This document shows positions 1 to 9,942 of a stretch of 45,651 bases of DNA, piece after piece; the stretch's first letter is position 1, and every line of letters begins with the position of its first letter. The position numbers were made by a program, and so were the translations under genes. Source of the DNA: Desulfurococcales archaeon ex4484_58 (GTDB taxonomy: Archaea > Thermoproteota > Thermoprotei_A > Sulfolobales > Desulfurococcaceae); assembly GCA_002254665.1 (NCBI GenBank), contig NJDP01000001.1:1-45651 (forward strand), in the 5' to 3' direction. Under the pieces are notes generated by a model, which was given only the letters and a program-made list of their open reading frames with translations, did not search any database and was not told where the DNA came from.

Positions 1-2
1 TA

Positions 3-500
3 TTGGTTTTTGAATACGATAAAGAAAAGAATAATTTGAGGATCGGGTTTAGGAATAAGAAGACTGGTGTTGAGAGGAGCTTCTATGTAGAGGCTAGAAG
101 TGGTGTTAGTGAGTCGATCGAGGAGCTAAAAATAGATCTAAGTGTTACGGCTAGATTTGTAGCTGATGATTATAAACAGATTATTAGGGATCTTAAGGTT
201 ATTGGTGAAGAAGCTATATTCCATTATAAGGATGGAAAGTTATACATATATTCACATTCACAACAGAAAGAGTATCGTGGAGAGTTTAGTGAGGGTAATC
301 CATTAACCTATTTATCATCAACAGTCGATGAGGCAAAATCTATCTATAGTGTTAGCTTATTAGAAGCAACATTGAAGCCTATACAAGCATCTAAGTACGT
401 GACTTTTTCATTTGATACAGATAAACCAGCAAAGATAGAGTTTGAGATAACAGAAGGAGGATATATGACTTATTGGATAGTTCCACGTGTTGAAGCGTAA
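3..500 (+). CDS. pcn: DNA polymerase sliding clamp PCNA, C-terminal ~165 aa (5' end outside the window)
   Basis: Family-level resemblance along the whole ORF. Typical PCNA C-terminus (...YMTYWIVPRVEA). Confidence 0.85.
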   Translation: MVFEYDKEKNNLRIGFRNKKTGVERSFYVEARSGVSESIEELKIDLSVTARFVADDYKQIIRDLKVIGEEAIFHYKDGKLYIYSHSQQKEYRGEFSEGNPLTYLSSTVDEAKSIYSVSLLEATLKPIQASKYVTFSFDTDKPAKIEFEITEGGYMTYWIVPRVEA

Positions 501-502
501 AT

Positions 503-739
503 CTAGGTTTTCTCTAACTTAGATAAGAGTTCTTCCATCAACTTCTTCTTTTCATCAGGTATAGGTTTGGGAGTAACTGGTTTCTCGAATTCAAATCTCC
601 AAACTGGTTTAGGGCACTTGTTTCTCACCGGACACGATATACAACAGTAGACACATACCATGACATCAGGGTTAAGTGTACATTGGCGTGTAGAATGGTA
701 TCTTCCACATAAACTACATTGCTCCCAGTAGATAGTCAA
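503..739 (-). CDS. small cysteine-rich protein (about 10 Cys, CxxC pairs), function unknown
   Basis: 78-aa ORF, long for an AT-rich genome. Cys pattern suggests a metal-binding fold. No family recognised. Confidence 0.45.
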   Translation of the reverse strand: MTIYWEQCSLCGRYHSTRQCTLNPDVMVCVYCCISCPVRNKCPKPVWRFEFEKPVTPKPIPDEKKKLMEELLSKLEKT

Positions 740-790
740 TTAATTCACCCCTACACTATGGTTATTAAGGATTTATAGTTATTTAAGTAT

Positions 791-875
791 GTGTCCAACC
801 GATGAGACACGGTATCCGCGGCAGGGGACAATATCTAATCCCCTGCTGTGTAGCCCGTGTTGAGGGATGCGGAAC
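791..875 (+). ncRNA. candidate structured RNA: GC-rich hairpin with a K-turn-like base
   Basis: GC-rich island in an AT-rich intergenic region. Helices ACACGG(807-812)/CCGTGT(855-860) and GCAGGGGA(821-828)/TCCCCTGC(840-847) enclose an 8x8 nt internal loop. The base shows CC-GAU-GA on the 5' strand and UGA-GG on the 3' strand, giving tandem G:A pairs. Strand is assigned only from this GA motif. Confidence 0.35.
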
Positions 876-1022
876 TTTACGTATATCCATGTCTTGCTAT
901 AGTTTCACTATCTATGATTGAGGAGTGGTTGATTTCAGTGTTTATTACTATATACTTACATGTATAATTAATGTTTACATGTATATACTTATATTCTCTA
1001 ATACGTATCTATACATACCTGG

Positions 1023-1616
1023 GTGTTTCTGGAAATGCTATATGAGATAATATTCTATGGTCGTGGAGGCCAAGGTGGAGTAACCGCTGCTAATATACTG
1101 GTATATGCTGCTATGTATCAGGGACTGTATGCTCAGGGATTTCCATTCTTCGGTGCTGAGAGGAGAGGAGCTCCAGTTAGAGCGTTTGCTAGGATTAGTG
1201 ATAAACCTATATTGAGGCATGGTATGTTTAATGATACTGATATACTGGTTATACTGGATCATAAATTAGCTGAAATGGATATTTTGAAACAAGTACATGT
1301 ACGTGATAATGGATTAGTGGTATTGAATGCACCGGATAACTATAGGGTGAAACTTGAAAGATTTAGTATCGGCGATAATGTTAAGTTCTATAGAGTAGAT
1401 GCTACTAGGATTGCTATTGAGAATAAATTAGTAGTTGCTGGTTGGCCTGTTGTAAACACTAGTATGTTAGGAGCATTATCAAAGGCTTCTGGAATAGTGA
1501 GTATTGATAATATAGTAAAAGCTATTAAATCGTATTTTAAAGGTAGGATAGGTGAAATAAACGCTGTAGCTGCTAAGCAAGCTTATGAAAAAACTATTCT
1601 CTTAGAGGAGGTGTAG
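1023..1616 (+). CDS. porG: pyruvate (or 2-oxoisovalerate):ferredoxin oxidoreductase, gamma subunit
   Basis: GRGGQGGVTAANIL motif and porGDAB gene order. ATG at 1035 (MLYEII...) is a plausible alternative start. Confidence 0.9.
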   Translation: MFLEMLYEIIFYGRGGQGGVTAANILVYAAMYQGLYAQGFPFFGAERRGAPVRAFARISDKPILRHGMFNDTDILVILDHKLAEMDILKQVHVRDNGLVVLNAPDNYRVKLERFSIGDNVKFYRVDATRIAIENKLVVAGWPVVNTSMLGALSKASGIVSIDNIVKAIKSYFKGRIGEINAVAAKQAYEKTILLEEV

Positions 1617-1621
1617 ATTAG

Positions 1622-1906
1622 ATGGGTAAAGATAAACTTGTTATAGAGAAACCATTATATGATCGTCTCCCCATAGCTAAACCCATGGTTGGAGTAGCAG
1701 GGAAAACCGGTTTATGGCGTGTAGAGAAACCAGTTGTAAATAATAGTAAATGTACACGGTGCTTCTTATGCGAGATATATTGTCCGGTAAACGTTATACG
1801 TGTAGAACCAGAGACTGGTGTTGAGATCGATTATGATTACTGTAAAGGTTGTGGTATATGTGCTGATGTCTGTCCAGTAAATGCTATAGAGATGAAACCA
1901 GAGTAG
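1622..1906 (+). CDS. porD: 2-oxoacid:ferredoxin oxidoreductase, delta subunit (2x[4Fe-4S] ferredoxin)
   Basis: Two CxxCxxCxxxCP motifs. Position between the gamma and alpha subunits. Confidence 0.9.
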   Translation: MGKDKLVIEKPLYDRLPIAKPMVGVAGKTGLWRVEKPVVNNSKCTRCFLCEIYCPVNVIRVEPETGVEIDYDYCKGCGICADVCPVNAIEMKPE

Positions 1907-1920
1907 AGGAGGGGAGTGGT

Positions 1921-3099
1921 ATGGGTGAAAAACTAGTTTTAACAGGTAACTATGCAGTAGCTTATGCAGCTAAACTAGCGCGTGTAGATATAGTAGCTGC
2001 TTACCCAATAACACCACAAACAACAATTGTCGAGAAAATAGCTGAACTAATAGAATCCGGTGAAATGGACGCAATAATGATCAACGTAGAATCCGAACAC
2101 TCCGCACTAGCAGCAACATTCGGCGCAGCAGTAGCAGGAGCACGAGTACTAACAGCAACAAGCAGCCACGGACTAATGTACATGCACGAATACCTACACT
2201 GGACATCAAGAGCACGCATACCCGTAGTTCTAGCCCTAGTAACAAGGACCCTGGCGCCAGGGTGGAACATATGGTCCTCGCACGATGACTTCTACGGACA
2301 ACGTGACACGGGCTGGATTCTGAGCTTTGCTCTTGATAATCAAGAAGTCTTAGACACGACTATTCAGGCGTTTAAGATTAGTGAGGATCCTAGGGTTTAT
2401 TTGCCTGTGCTTGTTGCCTTGGATGCGTTTATACTTAGTCATACGAGTATGCCTGTTGAGCTTCCAGACGAAAAACAGGTTGCTGAGTGGCTTGGTCCAC
2501 GTAGACAGGGGTACGTGGTCGATGGAAGAGAACTGTTAGCTATTGGTAATCTTACCTGGCCAGAAGATACTGAGGAAATGGTTATGGATCTATGGAGGGC
2601 CATGGAAGAGTCTTATAACGTGATTAAAGAAGTTGATCGGGAGTATGGTAAGTTGTTTGGAAGAAGCTATGGTGGTTTGATCCAGTGTATTAATTGTAGT
2701 GATGCTAAATATTTAGCGGTAGCCATGGGTGCATGGTCTGGTGATTTAATGGAAGCTGTAAACATGCTTCGCGAGGAGGGCTATTCTATAGGTGTATTAC
2801 GCGTTAGATTCTATCGTCCATTTCCACATAGAGATATATGGGAATACGCACGTGGTGTTAAAGGATTAATTGTATATGATCGAGCGATCAGCTTTGGTGC
2901 ATGGGGGCAACTATATACTGATACAGTAGCTGGACTCTATCAATATACAACTAAACTACCAATCATAAGTAACGTAATAGCTGGTGTGGGTGGTGTAAAT
3001 GTTACTGCGGAGGAGTTCTATGAGTTAACTAAGAATTTCATAGAGAAGATCGAGGGTGGAGAGGAACCTCCACGTATTACATGGTATCATAGGAGGTGA
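1921..3099 (+). CDS. porA: 2-oxoacid:ferredoxin oxidoreductase, alpha subunit
   Basis: N-terminus GNYAVAYAAKLARVDIVAAYPITPQT is typical of the POR alpha subunit. Confidence 0.9.
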   Translation: MGEKLVLTGNYAVAYAAKLARVDIVAAYPITPQTTIVEKIAELIESGEMDAIMINVESEHSALAATFGAAVAGARVLTATSSHGLMYMHEYLHWTSRARIPVVLALVTRTLAPGWNIWSSHDDFYGQRDTGWILSFALDNQEVLDTTIQAFKISEDPRVYLPVLVALDAFILSHTSMPVELPDEKQVAEWLGPRRQGYVVDGRELLAIGNLTWPEDTEEMVMDLWRAMEESYNVIKEVDREYGKLFGRSYGGLIQCINCSDAKYLAVAMGAWSGDLMEAVNMLREEGYSIGVLRVRFYRPFPHRDIWEYARGVKGLIVYDRAISFGAWGQLYTDTVAGLYQYTTKLPIISNVIAGVGGVNVTAEEFYELTKNFIEKIEGGEEPPRITWYHRR

Positions 3100-3104
3100 T
3101 CTAT

Positions 3105-4004
3105 ATGAGTAGACCTAAACCACCCCTACCCTATAATATGAGAGAGGTTTTACAGCCTGGAGACGCTGCTTGTCCGGGATGTCCTATACCAATGGCTTGG
3201 AAAGTATTATCAGCTGTGTTTGGAGAGAAAATGATCTTGGTTATACCAGCTTGTTGTTCATCAGTTGTTGTAGGGCCTTATCCCGGTAATGCTTTGAAAG
3301 CTAGTATTATACATGTAGCTTTTGCATCTGCAGCTGCAGTGGCTTCTGGTGTTGCTGAAGCATTAAAGAGGAGGGGGATCAATGATGTACAGGTTATTGC
3401 GTGGGCTGGTGATGGTGGTACAGCAGATATTGGTATGGCTTCGTTGAGCGGCGCCGCTGAGCGTAATCATGACTTCATCTATATAATGTATGATAATGAA
3501 GCATATATGAATACTGGTATTCAGAGGAGTGGAGCTACACCTTATGGTGCGTGGACTACTACAACACCTATTATAGGTAAGACTGAGCATAAGAAGGATG
3601 TTGCGAGGATAATGATTGCTCATAACGTACCATATGTTGCAACAGCTAGCGTAGGTTATCCGCATGATCTCTATGCAAAGCTACAGAGAGCTAAGAAGAT
3701 TAGAGGATTCAAGTTTATCCATCTACACGCACCATGCCCCGTTGGTTGGAGATTTGATCCGAGATACACTGTTAGAATAGCTAAATTAGCCGTAGAAACT
3801 GGGTTGTGGATACTCTATGAATACTATGATGGAAAAATACATTTATCTGGTGCTAGTAGACCATACATAGACCCAGCTAGGAGGAAACCTATAGAAGAAT
3901 ACCTTAAGTATCAAGGTAGATTTAGAAACATTACACCAGAGAAGATAGAAGAGATCAAAAGATACGTAGAAATGAATTGGAATTGGATTAAGAAACACAT
4001 GTAG
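3105..4004 (+). CDS. porB: 2-oxoacid:ferredoxin oxidoreductase, beta subunit (TPP-binding)
   Basis: CPGCP and GDGG...N TPP motifs. The ORF is open from GTG 3096, but ATG 3105 follows a GGAGGTGA ribosome-binding-like site. Confidence 0.9.
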   Translation: MSRPKPPLPYNMREVLQPGDAACPGCPIPMAWKVLSAVFGEKMILVIPACCSSVVVGPYPGNALKASIIHVAFASAAAVASGVAEALKRRGINDVQVIAWAGDGGTADIGMASLSGAAERNHDFIYIMYDNEAYMNTGIQRSGATPYGAWTTTTPIIGKTEHKKDVARIMIAHNVPYVATASVGYPHDLYAKLQRAKKIRGFKFIHLHAPCPVGWRFDPRYTVRIAKLAVETGLWILYEYYDGKIHLSGASRPYIDPARRKPIEEYLKYQGRFRNITPEKIEEIKRYVEMNWNWIKKHM

Positions 4005-4019
4005 TTTTTTAACCTAATT

Positions 4020-4226
4020 CTATCCACCATAGATTTTACTCAATACTATTATAGCTATTGTAAACGCTAATGAAAGTATAACTAGTGTATATGGTTTCAT
4101 TTTAATACCAACATCTGCTTCTTCATAGAATCGGACAAGACCAGCTGCTGTAAAGGGGCCAGGAGCTTTTTCTTTCTTACCCTTACCCTTACTTCTCCTC
4201 TTAGCCTTCTTAACCATTATAACCAC
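4020..4226 (-). CDS. secG: preprotein translocase subunit Sec61-beta
   Basis: Basic N-terminus, the AAGLVRFYEE motif and a single C-terminal TM helix. Confidence 0.8.
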   Translation of the reverse strand: MVIMVKKAKRRSKGKGKKEKAPGPFTAAGLVRFYEEADVGIKMKPYTLVILSLAFTIAIIVLSKIYGG

Positions 4227-4282
4227 CGTTTCACAACTATTATCTGGTATTTATATATTATATGTTATAAGAGTTTCTATGA

Positions 4283-4543
4283 ATGGTGTTGCTCGACATG
4301 AATATCAGGGAAGCTCAAGAGATTATACGTAGAAAATACTATGAGAGGGATCATGGTAGAGGATTATTCGCGACTTTCACATGGTTTACGGAGGAGGTAG
4401 GCGAGCTAGCAGAGGCAATATTATCTATGAACAGAGAGTCTCAGGAAGAAGAATTAGCAGATGTTTTTGCATGGTTATTGAGTATAGCTAATCTCCTAGA
4501 AATTGATCTCGAGGAATCATTTAAGAAGAAATATGTTGATTGA
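4283..4543 (+). CDS. MazG-like nucleotide pyrophosphohydrolase (small all-alpha NTP-PPase)
   Basis: EEVGELAEA ... ELADVFAWLL motif pair. Confidence 0.75.
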   Translation: MVLLDMNIREAQEIIRRKYYERDHGRGLFATFTWFTEEVGELAEAILSMNRESQEEELADVFAWLLSIANLLEIDLEESFKKKYVD

Positions 4544-4553
4544 ATCTCGATAA

Positions 4554-5288
4554 CTATTTTTTAATAACTTTAATTATATTAGGCAAGAGCTCTGGTTTTT
4601 CCTCGACAATCGTACCAGTTACTATTATATCTGCTCCACTACCCACTATATCTCTTGCTACTTCAACGCTTCTTATACCACCACCAACTATTACTGTTAA
4701 ACTAGTATGTTGTTTTATTAATTTAGGGAAAATAGGGGGTACTGGTTTACTCGATCCACTTCCAGCTTCTAGATAAATATACTTCATACCAAGCATTTCA
4801 GCCGCCCATCCATAAGCTAATATTATCTCTGGTTTAGTTATTGGTATTGGATATATTCTCCCAATATGTGCAACCGCTGTCTCATTATAAAATACTACAT
4901 AACCTGTAGGTAGGGTTTCTAAACCATATTTTTTAATCAGGGGAGCAGCAGCGATCTGAGCCTCTATCAGATAATACGTGTCTAAACTATTCATCAAAAC
5001 CATGTAGAGTATAGCGTCAGCATATCTAGTTATACAGTTGAGATTACCAGGAAAAACAATGACTGGCAATCCAGTCTTCTTTAAAACCTTAGCTACTTCA
5101 TCAGCTTCATCCGGAGTAACTCCTAAACTTCCACCTATTAAGAACGCATCCGTTCCGTAACCAGCTAACTCATTAGCGAATTTCTCGAGTTTTCCGAGAT
5201 CGCCTACTTTATCAGGGTCTATTAAGGTGAAATGTAGTTTTTCACCATTAGAAACTTTACTTGATAAATATTCATGAACTCTCCCCAA
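4554..5288 (-). CDS. geranylgeranylglyceryl phosphate synthase (PcrB/GGGPS family)
   Basis: HFTLIDPDK N-terminal motif, GGSLGV and GGGIRS phosphate-binding motifs. Confidence 0.85.
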   Translation of the reverse strand: MGRVHEYLSSKVSNGEKLHFTLIDPDKVGDLGKLEKFANELAGYGTDAFLIGGSLGVTPDEADEVAKVLKKTGLPVIVFPGNLNCITRYADAILYMVLMNSLDTYYLIEAQIAAAPLIKKYGLETLPTGYVVFYNETAVAHIGRIYPIPITKPEIILAYGWAAEMLGMKYIYLEAGSGSSKPVPPIFPKLIKQHTSLTVIVGGGIRSVEVARDIVGSGADIIVTGTIVEEKPELLPNIIKVIKK

Positions 5289-5589
5289 CTACTTCACCAG
5301 CTTCACTAATCTTTCTAAATTCTACCTCTATGTCTCCAGCTTCATATCTATCAAGGAATTTAGCGTATACATCTACATTCTCATATATATCTGGAACTTG
5401 CATTTCAGCGTATAAACCACATGTTCCACAAGTAATCTTAGCTAATTTAAACCCCGGAACATTTATTTTATCGAATTTAATTGTTAAAGTCTTCATACTA
5501 CAATGTGGACACTGGAATATGTCCGGTATTTTCTTGATCCTCTTAACAACCTTCTTATACTTCTTCCTCCTCCTACCCATAACGATCAC
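5272..5589 (-). CDS. elf1: Elf1-like transcription elongation factor (zinc ribbon)
   Basis: MGRRRKKYKK basic N-terminus, CPHC...CGTC zinc ribbon and a VDVY motif, as in eukaryotic Elf1. The real start is probably the MGRRR Met at 5580. Confidence 0.7.
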   Translation of the reverse strand: MIVMGRRRKKYKKVVKRIKKIPDIFQCPHCSMKTLTIKFDKINVPGFKLAKITCGTCGLYAEMQVPDIYENVDVYAKFLDRYEAGDIEVEFRKISEAGEVVGESS

Positions 5590-5996
5590 CCCCTCTCTTC
5601 TCTAACATATAGTAGTTTTCGTAATGTAGGACTTATATTCATATCTAGTATTTCATTAATAATCTTATATAATAAGCTCGGTTCACTTATCTCCACTACT
5701 CTATAATTACTAGTTTTCTCGGATAACTCTTGTATCAATAAGTGTTTACAAACAAGTTTCTTCTTCCTACTCATAACATTTATTAAGAATTCTTTACAGC
5801 TACAATAGGTTCTTGGAACTATTATATGATCATATCTAGTACCTATATAGAACCATATATTTGTGTCTCCTCTATAGAAAAGTAGTCTAGGCTTAATCAT
5901 CTTCTTTAATAAAGCTTGAGATTTAACCACTCTATCTAGAGATGACGGATCGGATAATGCTTTTAAAACATATTCATATGTATCCTTAACACTCAC
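5586..5996 (-). CDS. SWIM-type zinc-finger protein, function unknown
   Basis: CxC...CxH signature (YCSCKEF...LVCKHLL). Confidence 0.55.
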   Translation of the reverse strand: MSVKDTYEYVLKALSDPSSLDRVVKSQALLKKMIKPRLLFYRGDTNIWFYIGTRYDHIIVPRTYCSCKEFLINVMSRKKKLVCKHLLIQELSEKTSNYRVVEISEPSLLYKIINEILDMNISPTLRKLLYVREERG

Positions 5997-6712
5997 TCTC
6001 TAAAACCTCTACGTGAATAGATCTTAACTAACCCGGGAAAAGGACCACTAATCAGGAGATGATCTACTAACTCATTGGGAAAAACACCGGTTTCAACAAC
6101 ACCCTTGATCCCCTTAAGGACTTGATCTATTTTCTTTGGTTCACCTATAATATTTAGTTTTAGATCCACAATATAGTTTCCACCATCCGTTAATACTGGT
6201 CCATCACGTACTTTCCCATATCGAATTTTTGGTTGAAAACCTAGTTTTGAAACTCTCTCAACAACCTCTTCTAGAAAGTCTGGTTTAACTTCTATAGGGA
6301 CTAGCTTTAGGTACAAGTATGTCCTATTATTGAATTTAGTATAATCACCTATGTATATACGTAGTTTACTTCTACTAGCTAGTTTCTTCTCCCAATTAAA
6401 TGCTCCACCTCTACCCTTAACTAGATCAAGATTGATACTTGCTTCATCAAATCCATCAATATAGAAATCCAATAGATCATTGCCTAGTTCGTTTACAGTA
6501 TATGATTCAACACCATATCTACGTAGGAAATAGTAGGTGTCAAGACTCGATACAAATAATTCTCTACCACGATAAAGATCGTTTTTAATAAATAATTTTA
6601 TAAAGTACTTAACAGTAGAACCGGTACCTAAACCTATCCTCTCCATATTCTCTAGTAAACCACGAAATAAATAGAAAGCATAAAATCCAACTAACTCTTT
6701 AAAACACTCCAA
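5993..6712 (-). CDS. rpiA: ribose-5-phosphate isomerase A
   Basis: GLGTGST, DGFDEA and KGRGGA motifs. Confidence 0.88.
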   Translation of the reverse strand: MECFKELVGFYAFYLFRGLLENMERIGLGTGSTVKYFIKLFIKNDLYRGRELFVSSLDTYYFLRRYGVESYTVNELGNDLLDFYIDGFDEASINLDLVKGRGGAFNWEKKLASRSKLRIYIGDYTKFNNRTYLYLKLVPIEVKPDFLEEVVERVSKLGFQPKIRYGKVRDGPVLTDGGNYIVDLKLNIIGEPKKIDQVLKGIKGVVETGVFPNELVDHLLISGPFPGLVKIYSRRGFRE

Positions 6713-6733
6713 ATCTCAGACCACCTATTTAAA

Positions 6734-6834
6734 TGGGCCCGCGGGGATTTGAACCCCGGGTCACGGGGAATCCCGACCTCTCCCTCTATAGAGGCCCCGA
6801 ACCCCGCATCCTAGCCAGGCTAGACTACGGGCCC
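6734..6834 (-). tRNA. tRNA-Pro (anticodon CGG) with a ~26-nt intron after position 37 (about 6770-6795)
   Basis: Hand-folded cloverleaf. Acceptor GGGCCCG/CGGGCCC, T-arm CGGGG-TTCAAAT-CCCCG, anticodon stem CGGGG/CCCCG, loop UU-CGG-G. No encoded CCA. Confidence 0.9.
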
Positions 6835-6892
6835 TCCTCTAATTCTATTATTGTTTTTTGAAACTACTTTATTAACTATTCTTCTCTAGATT

Positions 6893-7975
6893 CTATTTCA
6901 TGATCTTTACTAGATTTTCGTGAAATGGTGGTAGTACTACTCCTTTCTCAGTTATTATTCCAGATACTAGGTCTGGATCAGTTATATCAAATGCATAGTT
7001 TAATGCTGGGGTATTTTCTGGTACAATATATGTGTTACGTATTCTCCTTACTTCATCGGGGTTTCTCTCCTCAATAACTACCTCATCTATAGTTGATAAT
7101 AGGTCAATCGTGCTTGTCGGCGCTGCTACATAAAATGGTATATTATTTCTCTTAGCTGCTAAAGCTATCATGTATGTTCCAATCTTATTTATAACGTATC
7201 CTTCACGTGTAACTCTATCAGCACCCACAATCACTAGATCAACTATTTTCTTCCTAATAATATATCCAGCCATGTTATCAGTTATCAGAGTAACTGGAAT
7301 ACCCTCTTCTAGAAGCTCCCAAACAGTTAATCTAGCGCCTTGTAAGACAGGGCGGGTTTCAGTAGCTATTACACGTATATTCTTGCCTTGATACCAAGCT
7401 ATCCTAACAATAGCTAATGCTGTACCATAACCGGCTGTAGCTAATGCTCCCGCGTTACAGTGTGTCATTATAGTTGCATTATCTGGTATCAACTCTGCAC
7501 CATACTCTCCTATTTTAATATTAGCCTCTAGATCCTCGTTCAAAATACTTAATGCTTCTTTTTCAATCTCTTCTACCGCTTCTGAAGGCTTTAGCCTGGA
7601 CTCTCTAGAATTAACTATTATCTTCTTTAATCTATCTAATGCCCAGAATAAATTATGTGCTGTAGGTCTAGTCCTCCATAATCTATCAATAGCTTTCATT
7701 AACTCCGAATAAAAATCTCTTACCTCCATACTCAATAATTTATAGGAATAAGCAGCTAAAGCTAGAGCTGCAGATACACCTATAGCTGGTGCACCACGGA
7801 TCTCCATATCTACTATAGCTTTAGCAACTCTCTCGACATCATCACTACATATAACCTCTTTCTCGAAGGGAAGCTTTAATGTATTTATCCAACAAACCCT
7901 CTTCTCTCCTTCATCCCACCATACAGCTTTAACTTTCAATGGATACTTTAAACCAGACACAACTATACACCTCAA
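6893..7975 (-). CDS. mtnA: eIF-2B alpha/beta/delta-family isomerase (methylthioribose-1-phosphate isomerase-like)
   Basis: IRGAPAIG motif and overall MtnA/aIF-2B-like architecture. Substrate is not resolvable from sequence. Confidence 0.8.
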   Translation of the reverse strand: MRCIVVSGLKYPLKVKAVWWDEGEKRVCWINTLKLPFEKEVICSDDVERVAKAIVDMEIRGAPAIGVSAALALAAYSYKLLSMEVRDFYSELMKAIDRLWRTRPTAHNLFWALDRLKKIIVNSRESRLKPSEAVEEIEKEALSILNEDLEANIKIGEYGAELIPDNATIMTHCNAGALATAGYGTALAIVRIAWYQGKNIRVIATETRPVLQGARLTVWELLEEGIPVTLITDNMAGYIIRKKIVDLVIVGADRVTREGYVINKIGTYMIALAAKRNNIPFYVAAPTSTIDLLSTIDEVVIEERNPDEVRRIRNTYIVPENTPALNYAFDITDPDLVSGIITEKGVVLPPFHENLVKIMK

Positions 7976-8076
7976 CTACTTCACTATAAATAGTTAGGTG
8001 TTAGAAAAATAAATAGTGATAATATTAAGATATTTAAACGATACTTTATTGATAGTAGAAGATACGGTGCTATATA

Positions 8077-8592
8077 ATGCCTATGAAATACACGGTATTC
8101 TTTGATAAAGAAAAATGTCGCGGATACGTAGCAAGCAATGAACAAGCAAATGATCTTGAGAAAAGATGGTATGGTAGACGTGAAGCTGGGAAATTATCTC
8201 TAGATATAGTAGAGCTAGCCTACCTACTCTTAAGAAAACAACTAGTAATAATGGATCTAAAAAAGATCGAGGATCTTAATTCTTTCCTAAACAACTATTA
8301 TTTTTGTCTAGAAGAGTTCTTTTGGCCTAGACTAATAGTTTACAAGGATCTAAGGGATCGAGGTAGAAGAGTTAAGGTTTTAGATCAAGACAAGTTTATT
8401 GTTAAAGATAAGTATGGAGATTTAAGGTTAGTGGTTGTATTAGAAGAAGGTTCTATGAGAAGGATCACAAGTATATCGGAGCATATAGATAAGGCTATGG
8501 ATAACAATCTCAAACTAGTCTATGCTATAGTTAGTCTTCAGGGAGACCTTACATACTATGAAGTAACGAAGATCAAGCCTAAGAGGGACTAG
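8077..8592 (+). CDS. endA: tRNA-splicing endonuclease subunit (EndA family; possibly the structural subunit)
   Basis: EndA-like LxLxEAxYL and YKDLRDRG segments. I could not see the catalytic His in the C-terminal domain, hence the possible structural-subunit call. Confidence 0.65.
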   Translation: MPMKYTVFFDKEKCRGYVASNEQANDLEKRWYGRREAGKLSLDIVELAYLLLRKQLVIMDLKKIEDLNSFLNNYYFCLEEFFWPRLIVYKDLRDRGRRVKVLDQDKFIVKDKYGDLRLVVVLEEGSMRRITSISEHIDKAMDNNLKLVYAIVSLQGDLTYYEVTKIKPKRD

Positions 8593-8595
8593 GTA

Positions 8596-9906
8596 TTGAA
8601 AGAATATCTACAACCACCACGTGGTATGAGAGATATTATAGGTAGGGAAGCTGAACTATACGAGTATTTGATCGGAGAGTTTAAGAGAATAGCTAGACTA
8701 CATGGATACAAACCGGTAATACCACCTACTGTAGAGTTTTATAAATTATTTGAAGCCAAAAGCGGCGAGGAAATCAAGAGATCAATGTATGTATTCAAAG
8801 ATAAAGCTGGTAGAGTATTAGCTTTAAGACCCGAGGTAACAGCTAGTATTACAAGAATATATATTAGGAAACTACGTGGTGAAGTGAAACCTATTAAATT
8901 ATACTATGTAACGCAGTGTTTTAGATACGAAGAACCACAACATGGGAGATACCGTGAGTTTTGGCAGCTAGGACTAGAGGTTATAGGTGATCAATCGATC
9001 GTTGCCGATGTAGAAACCGCATATACAGCTTCACATTTCCTTGAAGAGGTAGGTATTAAACACTACTATATAGTTAACAACATCTCTATATATAGAACAT
9101 TTATGGATCTCTATGGAGTTGATCAAAATACTCAAGACTATATACTCCACCTTATAGATAAGAGAGAAATAGATAAGGCATTAAATATTTTTAAATCATT
9201 AAACCCTGAACTTTATGAATTATTTTCAAAACTATTAGTTTCAGATCTAAAGGAGCTAGAGTATATAATAGATGAGTATAAAGGAGTACTTAGAGAGAAA
9301 TATGATTTTATTTTAAACGAATATTCTAAGTTAAGGAAATTTATTGAACTACTCAATAACATGGGTTATACTGCAAAGTATGAACCACTACTTGTACGTG
9401 GATTAGCGTATTATACGGGTTTGATCTACGAATATAAAGCAGTGAATAACAAACTAAAGATAAGCTTTGGTGGTGGAGGGAGATATGATGGATTAACAAC
9501 TGTTTATGGCGCACCATATGAATATTCAACAGGGTTAGCGTTAGGTCTTGATCGTATAGCTCTCCTCATAGATAATGTGATGGATAGAATAAGTAGGAGT
9601 GTTGATGTACTAATTGTTTTAAGGGAAGAAGTTCCGTTAAAGTATGGATTCAATATAGTTAAGTCGTTGAATGAACATGGAATATCTACATGGATAATAG
9701 TAACCGATAGGATTGGGAAAGCATTAAGTATAGCTGATCGTCGCGGAATAGGATATGCTATAATAATTGGTGGAAGGGAATATAGTGAAAATAAAGCTAC
9801 TATTAAGGATCTAGAGAACGGTGAACAAGTTAGTTTAGAGCTGAATAAATTAATAAGTTATTTTATAGAGAGAATATTTAAGACCTATAACATAAAGTCT
9901 CCTTAG
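8596..9906 (+). CDS. hisS: histidyl-tRNA synthetase
   Basis: Class II motifs (RPEVTAS, FRYEEPQ, GGGGRYD). TTG start as given in the ORF track. Confidence 0.9.
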   Translation: MKEYLQPPRGMRDIIGREAELYEYLIGEFKRIARLHGYKPVIPPTVEFYKLFEAKSGEEIKRSMYVFKDKAGRVLALRPEVTASITRIYIRKLRGEVKPIKLYYVTQCFRYEEPQHGRYREFWQLGLEVIGDQSIVADVETAYTASHFLEEVGIKHYYIVNNISIYRTFMDLYGVDQNTQDYILHLIDKREIDKALNIFKSLNPELYELFSKLLVSDLKELEYIIDEYKGVLREKYDFILNEYSKLRKFIELLNNMGYTAKYEPLLVRGLAYYTGLIYEYKAVNNKLKISFGGGGRYDGLTTVYGAPYEYSTGLALGLDRIALLIDNVMDRISRSVDVLIVLREEVPLKYGFNIVKSLNEHGISTWIIVTDRIGKALSIADRRGIGYAIIIGGREYSENKATIKDLENGEQVSLELNKLISYFIERIFKTYNIKSP

Positions 9907-9942
9907 ATAAATCTTTGACTAGTTGTTTCGAGGTGATCGTTT

